Assembly (NCBI GenBank): GCA_963920595.1
Contig: OY986947.1
Coordinates: 2,542,001-2,606,000 of the forward strand
Origin: Eimeria praecox
Lineage: Eukaryota
DNA length: 64,000 nucleotides
Reading direction: 5' to 3'
Shown: piece by piece, positions 25,538 to 64,000 of the stretch
Layout of the letters: the number at the start of each line of letters is the position of its first letter
Numbering within the stretch: position 1 is the stretch's first letter
Made by a program: the position numbers and the translations under genes
Notes under the pieces: generated by a model
Seen by the model: the letters and a program-made list of their open reading frames with translations, nothing else
Databases searched by the model: none
What the model was told of the DNA's origin: nothing

Positions 25538-26527
25538 GAGCAATCAAAGCTCCCCTATGCCCCTTCAGAACAGCTGCTGTTGGTGTTTGGCTCGCTAGTA
25601 AGATATCATCTAGGGTTTAGGGTTTAGGGTTTAGGGTTTAGGGTTTAGGGCGTATATATATTTTAGGGTTTAGGGTTTAGGGTTTAGTATGATGGATTTA
25701 GGGTTTAGGATTCAAAGCTTAGGGTGTATATACATTTTAGGGTTTAGGGTTTAGGGTTTAGGGTTTAGGGTTTAGGGTTTAGGGTTTATGTATGCAGGCG
25801 GCTTAGGCGTAGCGTTAGCTGTGTGTTTGTATTACGGGGCGGAGTCTGTCTTATCTTTCTTCTTAAGTATAAAAACAGCAGCAGCAGCAGCAGCAACAAC
25901 AACAGCAACAACAACAACAACAGGAGGAGCAGAATCGTTTGATGGGGTGCAAGTACAGCAGCATTTGCAGCAGCAGCAGCATTTGCTGCAGCAGCAACAT
26001 TTGCTGCAGCAGCTGCAGCAGCAGCAGCAGCAGCAGCAGACTCTGTCTCTAGCATTAGAGTTCGTTCGTCTTCGCTGTTTCTCTCTTCCTTTCTGTATTA
26101 TCTCTTTAACTACACGAGGGGCATTAATAGCTGTAGGCGATTTAGCCCCACAGCTGTTGACTGTTGCTGCTGCTGCTGCTGCTCTCCCAGTGCTTTTCTT
26201 CTTCGCTCCTGCTGCTGCTGCTGCTGCTGCAGCAGCAGCAGCAGCAGCAGATCCAGCAGATCCTGATGCTGCTGCTGCTGCTGCTGTTAAACAATTCCTA
26301 CGTGCAGCAGCAACAACAGTCGTGGTAGTACAAGTAGTTGTGGCGCTGCTGCTGCTGCTGAGGCTTGCAAGGCTTTCTGCTGCTGCTGCTGCAGCAGCAG
26401 AAAAACGACAGCAGCAGCAGCAGCTGCTGCAGCAGCAGCTGCAGCAGCAGCAGAATCTGCAGCAGCAGGAGCAGCAGAATCAGGAGTATGTACATTTGCT
26501 AGAGAAAACCTACTATCAGCAGCAGCC

Positions 26528-26562
<35 letters not shown>

Positions 26563-26683
26563 TGCTGCTGGGGGCGTTGAGGTCAATTTATATTTTATAT
26601 CGAATACCAACAGCAGCAGAATTATCTCTCTTCTCTCCCTTCGTCTTACCAATCCTTACGCAGTGTTTTGTTAGGTTAGAGAT

Positions 26684-26748
<65 letters not shown>

Positions 26749-29700
26749 GTTTTATTTATTTTATTGTATTTATTGTCGGGTCTGTTCATGTATTTGTTTT
26801 ATTTGTTGTGTTTGTTTTATTTTCTTTATTTGTTGTTTTATTTATTTTATTTGTTTTATTTTACTTCTTTTCTTTATTTTCTTTATTTTTTGTTTGATTT
26901 ATCTTATTTATTTGTTTTATTTATTTTATTTATTTTATTTGTTTTTATTTGTTGCGTCTGTTTTGTTTCTTGTATTTGTTTGATTATCTTGTTTATTGTT
27001 TGATTTGTTTGATTACTTTGTTGTATTTGCTTTATCTAATTATTTAATTATTTAATTATTTAATTATTTAATTATTTATTTATTTAATTATATAATTATA
27101 TAATTATTTAATTATTTAATTATTTAATTATTTAATTATTTGATTATTTAATTATTTTATTATTTAATTATTTAGTCGATTTATTTGTTTTATTTACATA
27201 TTTACTTTATTTAATTATTTATTATCTAATAGATTACTTGAATTAACCCTTTAATTAATTAATTAATTATTTAATTAACTAAATAATTAAATAATAAATT
27301 AAAATAAATTATTAAATAAATTATTAATTAATTAATTAATTAATTAATTTATTTATTTATTTATTTATTTATTTATGTTTTACTATTTGTATACAGACTT
27401 GTTTTGTATTCGTCGATGACGAAGGCGGCTTCGCTGTGGGGGCCTAAGGGAATGGCGGCGCATCAAGTAAAATTTAAAAATATATAATTTAATTAATTAA
27501 TTAAATTAATTAATTAATTAATTAATTAATTAATTAATTAATTAATTAATTTAATTAATTAAATTAATTAAATTAGTTAATTAATTAATTAATTATCTAA
27601 TTAACCAAATAATTAATTAAATTAATTAATTAATTAGTTATTTAACTAATTAATTAAGTTATGAATTATATAAATTATTTAATTAATTAAATTAATTAAT
27701 TAAATTAATTAATTAAATTAATTAATAAAATTAATTAATTAAATTAATTAATTATTTATTTACCCAAATAGATAGAGGAGTTAATTAACTAATTAATTGA
27801 TTAGTTAATTAATTTACTAATTGATAATTAAATAAACAGAAATAATTAAATTAATTAATTAATTAATTAATTAATTAATTAATTAAAAACAAATAAAAAT
27901 ATTAAATAAATTAAATAAATAGTTGATGTAATAAATAAAATAAAATATATAATAACTAACATTCGTATTTCTGCTGCAGCTAATTTGTCTCTTATAATGT
28001 TATTTATTTATTTCAATAAAAAATAATATTATTATAAACAATAATTAAAAATAATAATAATAATATATTTATCTGTTATGTGCTGTTGCTGCTGCTGCTG
28101 CTGCTGCTTTGTGTTGCTGCTGTTGCTGCTTCTGCTACTCCTCCTCCTCCTGCTGCGGCTTCTGTTTCTGCTGCTGCTTCTGTTTCTGCTGCTGCTGCTG
28201 CTGTTATTGCTGCTGCTGCTGCTGTTTCTGCTGCTGCTGCTGCTGCTATTGCTGCTGCTGCTTCTGTTTCTGCTGCTGCTGCTATTGCTGCTGCTGCTGC
28301 TGCTGCTGTTTCTGCTGCTGCTATTGCTATTGCTGCTGCTGCTGCTGCTTCTGTTTCTGCTGCTGCTGCTGCTTTTGCTATTGCTGCTGCGGCTTCTGTT
28401 TCTGCTGCTGCTTCTGTTTCTGCTGCTGCTGCTGCTGCTGCTTCTGTTTCTGCTGCTGCTGCTGCTTTTGCTATTGCTGCTGCGGCTTCTGTTTCTGCTG
28501 CTGCTTCTGTTTCTGCTGCTGCTGCTGCTTCTGCTTCTGTTTCTGCTGCTGCTGCTATTGCTGCTGCTGCTTCTGCTGCTGCTGCTGCAGCTGGTTGCGG
28601 GTCTATACACTGTGATAGGGACGCCATCAGATGCTCTCGGGCAAATAGTAAATGCTGTTGTTGCTCGAGAACAACAAAAACAATTAACACAATTTGAAAG
28701 AGAGAAATCAAAGAAAAAAATACGAAAAAATATTTATAAAATATCTGCGGCTACGGCGATGTTGTCTGCTGCTGCTCAGCTTACTGCTGCAGCCTTCTGT
28801 AGGTTTTATTGCTGTTGCTGCTGCTGTTGCTGCTGCTGTTGTCTGCTGCTGCTGCTGTTGCTGCTGTTGTCTGCTGCTGCTGCTGTTGTTTGCTGCTGCT
28901 CAGCTTACTGCTGCAGCCTTCTGCACGTTTTCTTGCTGCTGCTGTTGCTGCTGCTGTTGCTGCTGCTGTTGCTGCTGCTGTTGTCTGCTGCTGCTGCTGC
29001 TGCTGCTGTTGCTGCTGATGTTGTTGCTGCTATTAATACAAGTAGTATATTTGTATTGTATTATATTATATATTATTATTATATTATTATTATTATATTA
29101 TATAATTATAATTATTATTATATATTGTATTTTCATCTATCATATTAATAATAATATTATTATGCTATTTTGTTTTTATATTACATTTTATTATTATTAT
29201 TATTATTATATTTATTATAATTATTAATTTGTTTATTATGAGGGTTAGTATATGTATTATTATTTAATATAATAAATATATTTTAAGTGTATATGCAAGT
29301 ATATTATATTTTAAGTGTATATACATTATTTTATTATTAAGTAGATATCATCTTCATTGTACTTATTATTATTATATATTTTATATCTAGTATGTTATAT
29401 TATATACATATAATATATATATATATATATATACATATATCGTATTATATATATAATATTATATATATTGTTGTCTTTATTATAATTGATACAGTATTTA
29501 TGTTTCTTATCTTTATTCTATTTCTTTCGATTGTTTAAACTAAACAAAATTAAATTAAATTAAATTAAATTAATTTAAATTAAATTAAATTAAAATAAAA
29601 TAAAATAAATAAAACATGTGTATGTGTTTAGGGTTTAAGGTTTAAAATGTATTAAACTAAACAAAACTAACATAAACTAATTCAAATAGAAATAAAATAA

Positions 29701-30199
29701 ATTAAATAAAAATAAATTAAATTAAATAAAAATAAAATAAAATAAATTAAATTAAATTAAATTAAATTAAATTAAATAAAATTAAATTAAATTAAATTAA
29801 ATTAAATATATGTATGTGTTTTTGTTTTCAGTATATTATCGTTTATCTATTATAGATAAAACGTTATCTTTATCTGTATTAGTTTCAGGTGTATATGCAG
29901 CTATTGTTTTATTGCTTTCTCCTTTCTCTTCTACTCTAGAAGGGCAGTTGTTAGTAGAAATAAATGCGAGAGCAATAACTACAGCGTATTGTTTAACGTT
30001 ACCTATTCCTTTAATTATTTTATATATTCTGAGCTGTACATACACCCCAAATACTATATCTATTCTATTAAATACAATTACAAAACAATCTTATCTTGTT
30101 TGTCTTCTATGGAATCTACCCCTTGTTTATAATATTATTAAAATTATTTATATGAAAAAAGCATATATACAAACACAAACAAAAAATAATTATTACTAA
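23983..30199 (+). CDS. MATE/DinF-family multidrug-efflux-like membrane transporter, 5 exons, with long low-complexity N-terminus
   Basis: Exons 23983-25597, 25798-26674, 27397-27466, 28591-28798, 29832-30199, phase-compatible. MATE-like segments: LLAWVEEPLLSFLVSLSTSRL, EFVRLRCFSLPFCIISLTTRGALIAVGDL, MTKAASLWGPKGMAAHQLVAGLYTVIGTPSDALGQ, LEGQLL; multiple hydrophobic helices. Start codon uncertain. Confidence 0.7.
25611..25787 (+). repeat. (TTTAGGG)n filling most of MATE-like intron 1
   Basis: Three blocks between donor 25598 and acceptor 25797. Confidence 0.9.
28078..28590 (+). repeat. Higher-order (GCT)n minisatellite (GCTTCTGTTTCTGCTGCT / GCTATT variants) ending at a splice acceptor
   Basis: MATE-like intron 3; terminates ...ctgctgcag|ctggtt. 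Confidence 0.85.
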
Positions 30200-30200
30200 T

Positions 30201-30283
<83 letters not shown>

Positions 30284-31132
30284 TTCTAGAGATAGATATG
30301 TATAGATCTGTATCTGTATAGCTATCTATCTATCTACCTATCTATCTATCTATATCTATATCTATATATATATATATGTATATAGATAGATATAGATATA
30401 GAATATATAATATATACAGTGTATATATTGTATCAAAACAATAATATATATATAATGTATATTATATATATATTATATATTTTCTAAGTCTATTTTAATT
30501 AATAAACCTCTGTTAATATTATTATTATTATTATTAATATTATTATTATTATTAATATTATTAATATTATTTTATTATTATTATTTTATTATTAAATATT
30601 TATTTTATATTTAACTAGCTCAACATACACCTCAACGTTTCTTGTTTCTACACTCCAAGCATTTGAAAGAACAATTCTTAGTTTACTACTTTTTTTTTTA
30701 TTCTTTACTTTTAATATTTATATTTATTTATTATTTATTATATTAAATAATAATAATCTTATTATTATTTATTATTTATTATATTAAATAATAAATATAT
30801 ATACTACTTAGTATAATACTTAATCTAATACTACTATAAATATAAAACATAAATTAAAAATAAAATGTAGATAGTAACAATTAAATAAAAACAGAAATAA
30901 TACGAAGACAAACAATAAAAACAGCAGCAATACTTACACTACTAATAATAATAATAAATAAATAAATACATAAATAATAAATAAATAAATAAAACTGCTA
31001 CTAATAATAAATAATAGTAGTAATAGTATTATTAATAAATATTAATAATAATTAAAATTAAAACTATCAGCGGAAACTGAAACAGAGAGACAGAGAAGGT
31101 ATTTGTAAGACCTGCTGAGGTGTACATACACC

Positions 31133-31193
<61 letters not shown>

Positions 31194-31535
31194 ACAATAT
31201 ATATATATAAATAAGAATGAAAGAGTGTTAAATAGTTTATTTGTTTTTCTTCGAATCTTCCGAAGAAAAAACAAAAAAAAGAGAAAGAAGAAAACAGAAA
31301 AAGCAGAATTAAGAATAAAAACAAATTAAACAACAAACAATCAAATACTTCTCTATCTTACTCTCACTCACACTCACACACACACACACACTAAAGCCTA
31401 TAGCAGCAGCAGCAGCAACTGCTGCTGCTGCTGTTCTGCTGCAGCAGCAGCAGCAATAGCTCAAGCTGCAGCAGCAGTACTGACAACTGCTGCAGCAATT
31501 CTGTGTCTGTACATCTGCTTAGGGTGTATAGACAG

Positions 31536-31612
<77 letters not shown>

Positions 31613-31813
31613 TTTAAATATATCTTCGCGGTTATATTAAATTTATTTTATTTAAAATAAATAAATTTAGTAAAATAAATTAATTTATTTTTAATTAATT
31701 TATTTGGAATTAATTAAAAATAAAATAATTAATTAATTATATTAATTATATTAATTAATTAATATAATTAGCATAATTAATTAATTAATTTATTAATTTA
31801 TTTATTTATTTAT

Positions 31814-49985
<18,172 letters not shown>

Positions 49986-50296
49986 CTTTTGCTTATTGTA
50001 CTTCTTATAGAAAGAAAAATAAAATAAAAAACTAAGAGAGAGAAGAAGAAGAGAGAGAGAAGAGCAGACAAACAAGCTGCTGCTGCTGCTGCTGCTGCTG
50101 CAGCAACAACCCCTTTAACAGCTGCTGCTGCTGCAGCAAGAGCAGCAGAAACAGCAGCAGCAAGAGCTACAGCAGAAGCAACAACAGCAGCAGCAAATGT
50201 ATTAAACCTCAGCTCCCTCAAAAAATAAAATGAGGCCCTGCTGCAGCAGCAGCTTCGATGCTTCCTACCATAGAAAGTCTAACACCCCCAACCCCC

Positions 50297-50367
<71 letters not shown>

Positions 50368-51460
50368 AGGTATAAAATAAAATATAAACGCCACCTATGT
50401 GTATATATAATTTAATTTTAAAGAATAAAAAACATAGACAAAAGCAAGAAAACAAAAGAAGAATACAGAGATTAGATTAATATCGAGGAGTAGCTACTCG
50501 TTGCATGCTGGAGTTGCTGGGGGTGTGTGTGTTTAGTAAACAATGTCTGTTTTTGTTGTTTTGAAGTTGTTTTTGATGCGATAAAGACCTATTTTATGTA
50601 TTATTCTATTAAAAACAATCATAAAAATGTATTAATTGTCGTTTTTAATGCAAAATACCCTACATTTTGATATACGATTCTACCACACCCATAACCCCCA
50701 GCCCGAATAACCATCGGTTGCTGAGGTGTATGTACACCCCATGCGACGTAGATATATTGAGGGCTTTCTTCTTTTTTTTATTTTAATTTATTTTTATTTT
50801 TATATTATTTTTAATTTATTAAAGAAAAAAAAAGAACAGAGAATGTTTTATTGTAAATTTATTATATTTATATACATATATATATATCCTGTGCTTGCTA
50901 CTACCGCCGTCTTGATATCGCAGCATTAGACAAACCCTAAAACTAGCTGTATATACACCCTAACAACTTTAAATATATATGTATTTATAGTATATTTATT
51001 AATATAATTATATTCTATTTATTATTTTATATATTTTATCTTGTTTTTTAGGGTAGATTTACTAGAGGCACCGCAAGCTCAGCATACACCCGAGAAAGAA
51101 CAGAAAAGATATGAAGGTAGACGAAAACGAAGCAGAAAAAAGAATAAAATAAAATAAAATAAAATAAAATGAAACAAAACAAAACAAAACAGAACAAAAC
51201 AAAAAACAAAATAAAATAAAATAAAATAAAATAAAGTAAAAATAAAGTAAAAGAACGGAGCTATAAATAAGATCAGACAGAGAATACAACAAACACCCTA
51301 AACCCTAAACCCTAAACCCTAAACCCTAAACCCTAGGACATCATCATCGAGCCGACAGAGTATAGAACAAACAAAATTATTCTTTTCTTTTGTTTATTTT
51401 CTTTGTTTTTTATTTCAACATAAAAGAAGACCTTTACCTCTAATTTATAGTCTACGTATC

Positions 51461-51561
<101 letters not shown>

Positions 51562-51636
51562 CTTCTAAGCCCTTCAGCTGTATCGACAGCTAAATATATC
51601 TATCTGTCTATATATCTACCTGTCTACACATCTATC

Positions 51637-51708
<72 letters not shown>

Positions 51709-51789
51709 GAGAGAGAGGGAGAGAGATGTAGTTATATAGAGATATAGCTATATCTACATCTATATCTATATCTACCAATACATACATAC

Positions 51790-51947
<158 letters not shown>

Positions 51948-52072
51948 ATACACCAGTGAGTAGAAGAAGTTTAAGAGTAATTTTGTTTTTTTAAACTTCA
52001 AAGAAATCGCCAAAGACAAACAAAACAGAGCGTTATACCCTTCAGGTGTATGTGCATACACCGCAAACCTAT

Positions 52073-52181
<109 letters not shown>

Positions 52182-52290
52182 GTTTGTATATCCCTACACA
52201 ATTACTAAGGTGTACGTACAGCTGAAAGCCTCTCTCGGCTTTCAGCACCTGTCGATACACCTGAATAGAGTTAGATCATCACCCCTTCGT

Positions 52291-60605
<8,315 letters not shown>

Positions 60606-60833
60606 CTTGTTGTAGTATTACTATTTTATTTTTATTTTTATTTTTATTTTTATTTGTTATATTTATTCTTTGTATTTAAACAAAAAAAATAATTTCTTTT
60701 GTTTTATTCTTCTGTTTGCTTCGTTCAGCCCTCAGATTCAAGTGTTACGAGTAGTGTTCTTATTGAAGGCGAAGGTCATATGAGGTGTATATACACCTGG
60801 GGATGTGGAAAGTAGAAACAAAAAAACAAATCA

Positions 60834-61864
60834 TGCATGCAGCTGTAGGTACACCCCGTAGAATATACAGGGAAGAAGAAGAAGAAGAAAAAGAAGAAGA
60901 AGAAGAAAAAGAAGAAGAAGAATCGCAAAGATTCAGGTGTATAGGCAGCTGCTGGGGTGTATAGGCAGCTACTGAGGTGTACAGACAGTGTTATATGTTA
61001 TGGGATGTCGTTCGAAAGCCCTTTTCAGGGTTTTTAATCTAAAATAGAAATAAAAGAATAAGAAAAAGAAAATAATAGAGAAACAAAACCAAAATAAAAA
61101 GAAAGATCCGTCGAGTACATCCAACTTCTCTGTTTCTCCCCCGTTCTATTGCATATGAAGAAGAATCCCTACAACAAGTTTAAACAAATTAAATATATTA
61201 ATATTTTAAGTAAATTAATTCATAAAATGTTCTACAAAACAAAAGAAACAGATATCTTCTTCTGTTGCCTCTGCATGCACTGGGGCCCCCGGTGTTTGGG
61301 GCTTGGTTTTGTTTTGTTGAATTCGTTCATTTACTATCTTTTTCTTATTATTTAATTTTATTCAACATCAATTAAATCTAAACAATCAAAAAAAACAAAT
61401 ATTTTAATAGAGTTATATTCTTTTTTATTGTTGACGACTCAGCGAGCAGATCTGAGAGGCCCTTCGCTACGCATGCAGCATGTTTGTTTGTTGTTTTCTC
61501 TACTTCTCTTCCTAACAAATTTAATTTATTTAAATATATTTATCTCTTCCTGAAGTTATATTACTACCTGGTGGAGTGTATATCCAGCATTGTATTGGGG
61601 GGGAGACATCTACCTTCCTCAAGATATTGCTCTTAAGGTAGATCAGAGTTAAAACACTTTCAATAGTAGTCATACAAAGCCCCAAAAACAACATCAGCCC
61701 CCCTCTAGTCTGCATGCATTCGGGGGATAGCCGCACGAAGGCCTGGGGTTGATGAGGAGGGGCGGCGTCTTCCTAGATGCTGCTGCACACGTTGCTGTCG
61801 CAAACGAAACAAGATGATGGCTACACATGCATGCGCCCTCCCAGTTTGTTTACTAATGCATGCA
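60834..61864. promoter_or_regulatory. Cluster of TGCATGCA palindromic octamers upstream of SMU1 (ApiAP2-type motif)
   Basis: TGCATGCA at 60834, 61272, 61711, 61857; this octamer is a known abundant apicomplexan motif. Function at this locus untested. Confidence 0.45.
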
Positions 61865-62372
61865 CTAATATTTTATATAATGAAAATACCTACGTCCTCT
61901 GCGAGAAGAAGAAAGAAACATAAATATAAACTCTAAAGTGTGTTTGCGTACTACACCTTCACTCCTCCCTCTCATCAATCGTACACGCCTTCGTAATCCA
62001 TTACGGGAGAGGAAGGAGGGGCATCCCCCCCCACGATGAAGAGGGAAAAGAAAGAAGGAGGGAGAATGAAAGCGAGCGATGCCTGGCCAGGCGATACTCA
62101 CAGAGACCTGCTGCTGCTGCTGCAGCTCTTCATCTTCCTTCAACTACTCGACCAAGGGTTGTGTCTTATATCTTTTTAAGATGTCTTCTATCTTGTTATT
62201 AAATCAAGAGAAGGTGTTTAATACCTGCAATCCCCCCTTACAAAGACATGTTGTCAGGCACTACCGACAGGCAGTGGCAGTGATCCGCGGGATAGTTGTC
62301 TAGCTAGCCTTCTAATGTGATCCCAGATATATGTATATATATATATATATATAATATTTATTTATTTATTCA

Positions 62373-62407
<35 letters not shown>

Positions 62408-63314
62408 AGGGTAAGAATGAATTGTGCTAATTTGTCGGCTAATCCGAACTCGCCGTGAGTTGAGGGAGGGTAGCGACTCATATCCAGAAAATAAATATTT
62501 AAGAAATTTTAGAAAATAACTATCGCTGAGAGCAGATAGATGAGAAGACATGAGCCCGTCTATGTACGTTACCATACAACTGTCAAAGAGGAGGCATATA
62601 CAACCCAAGTTTATCCTCCGCTATGCATGCACCAACGTTTCTAATCTTTGCCTCTGAGTCGTCTAGATGTTGGTGCTTACGGCTGCATCTGTTGCTACTG
62701 TTACCGCTGAATCGAGGAGGCCTCTCCTGCATCCCCTAAGAGTTTCTCCTCACAAGCTATCACAGGAAACCAACCAGGGGTTTTAAAGGAGTATTCTTCT
62801 CCTCATCTGTGATAGATGTGTATCGTTACACGCGTGCCCAGAATCTCAGTCTCTTTCATTTGCACATCCCTGTAGTGAAGCTTTTGTTATATTATGGGGA
62901 GAGAGTTGGGGGCTTTCGATGATTCCCTGAGCCTTCTTAGAAGACAGAAATTGATGGATGGTGACATCTCCCAACTTTGGAGAAGTTAACGACATAGAAA
63001 TATGTTGAGCCCACAGAGAGAAACAAAGGAACCTCTCTAGCATTTGTGGAAGCTTCTTCAGCTATTCGCTCTTTTACGAGCTTCAGAGAGGGGGCAAATT
63101 CATTAGAAACAATCCCCCTCCCCCTTGTTCAAAAGTAGTTGTCAAGCATCGTTTCTCGTTGTTTTCTGTCTTAAGTAGTTGTATTTTCTGCATGCATCAC
63201 CGAGCTGTGTAAGGAAGTCGGCAGCTGCGGGTATACAGCAATTTGGAAGGGAAGCAGGGCCCACCTAATACAAGGCAAGTAGCCGAGCCAGGTGCCTGCC
63301 TGGGTGGTAGGGCG

Positions 63315-64000
63315 TCGGTGAGAGAGTGCTTCAGATAACACACTAGAGGCATCCTTGATATGTGTGCGAGTGAAGTCGTGATGCGTGAGCAGAGAAGGAT
63401 ATCGATCATCTCTTTATCGTCAAACTTATCGAAACTCGTTGTCAGGTGTAGCAGGAACGGATGGTGTACTTAAAGGGCCAAATGTGTGCCGTATATGTAA
63501 TACCAACATCTCTGTATCCCCCCACCAGACAACGGCGAGCTCCTTCGCATGTGTGGGATGCTTCCGCTCTCTTTCCGTTAAACAGTGAGAGTAGCACGTG
63601 GTAGGTTGGTGTTATTTCGAGTGCTTGGATTGCTCAGACAATACCCAACCAACTTCTATATTCGTATGATCGGCTGCGAGGCGGAAGAGTTTGTCGATAT
63701 ATCATAGAACGCGAGTAGCAAGGTTGACTTCCTCTTGAGTTTTTTTCTAACTAAGTTGTTTCCTCTTCTTTAGTATATCCGCTAGAAGGGTGGTGATAAG
63801 AGCGAATTCAAAGATAAGCATGCGGGAGTACGAGGCGAGACCAAGAAGGTGCTACGCCTCCACCAGACGGTTACGGGGAAGAGCCCACCTCCGAATGGCT
63901 TCTATCTTTGCTGGATTAGAGTCGAAGCCTGCTGTACAGACAGCGGCCCCTCAGGCTCCATTTGTTTTGCCTTCATAGAAAGCGAGCATTTCTATGCTTC
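63315..64000 (-). mobile_element. Degenerate Ty3/gypsy-type LTR retrotransposon pol fragment (RT thumb/connection + RNase H)
   Basis: Minus-strand translation: DSNPAKIEAIRRWALPRNRLVEA*HLLGLASYSRMLIFEFALITTLLADILKKRKQLS*KKTQEE (cf. gypsy DP.K..AI..W..P...FLGL.SYYR.FI..FA....PL..LLKK...W...Q), then KLFRLAADHTNIEVGWVLS, CYSHCLTERERKHPTHAKELAVVW and HDFTRTHIKDASSVLSEALSHR (RNase H). Several stops and frameshifts; runs off the window edge. Confidence 0.8.

Noticed and set aside
28076..28711. Ala/Glu/Thr repeat ORF resembling an antifreeze or helical repeat protein, and the Cys-rich ORF 28109-28615
   Set aside because: Both derive from the intronic GCT minisatellite of the MATE-like gene.
63340..63395. 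Plus-strand RGILDMCASEVV resembling a retroviral protease motif
   Set aside because: The minus strand of the same bases matches the RNase H end collinearly with the upstream RT motifs; the plus-strand resemblance is likely chance.

Overview
Eukaryotic, intron-rich DNA with the hallmarks of a repeat-rich segment of an Eimeria (coccidian apicomplexan) genome: pervasive (CAG/CTG)n giving poly-A/Q/S tracts, interstitial telomere-like (AAACCCT/TTTAGGG)n arrays, TGCATGCA octamers and (TA)n. I cannot assign a species. I built six spliced protein-coding genes by hand from GT-AG junctions and frame continuity: a PH+TBC (RabGAP-like) gene (+, 5' end probably outside the window, ends 6426), a low-complexity protein with a C-terminal TM helix (-, 11364-7183), AMA1 (+, 9 exons, 14704-20778), a MATE-like transporter (+, 23983-30199), FACT subunit SPT16 (-, 20 exons, 49985-31814) and spliceosomal SMU1 (-, 14 exons, 60605-52325). 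A decayed Ty3/gypsy RT-RNase H fragment lies at the right edge. Most short ORFs in the supplied track are repeat artefacts. The most interesting unexplained structure is intronic: (i) systematic tandem 'echo' copies of exon-intron junctions in SPT16 introns, (ii) complementary telomere-like arrays next to splice sites that could fold introns, (iii) a dispersed palindromic GGTGTAYRKACACC element family, and (iv) a TBC domain whose catalytic glutamine appears replaced by arginine. All homology calls come from remembered motifs, not database searches.
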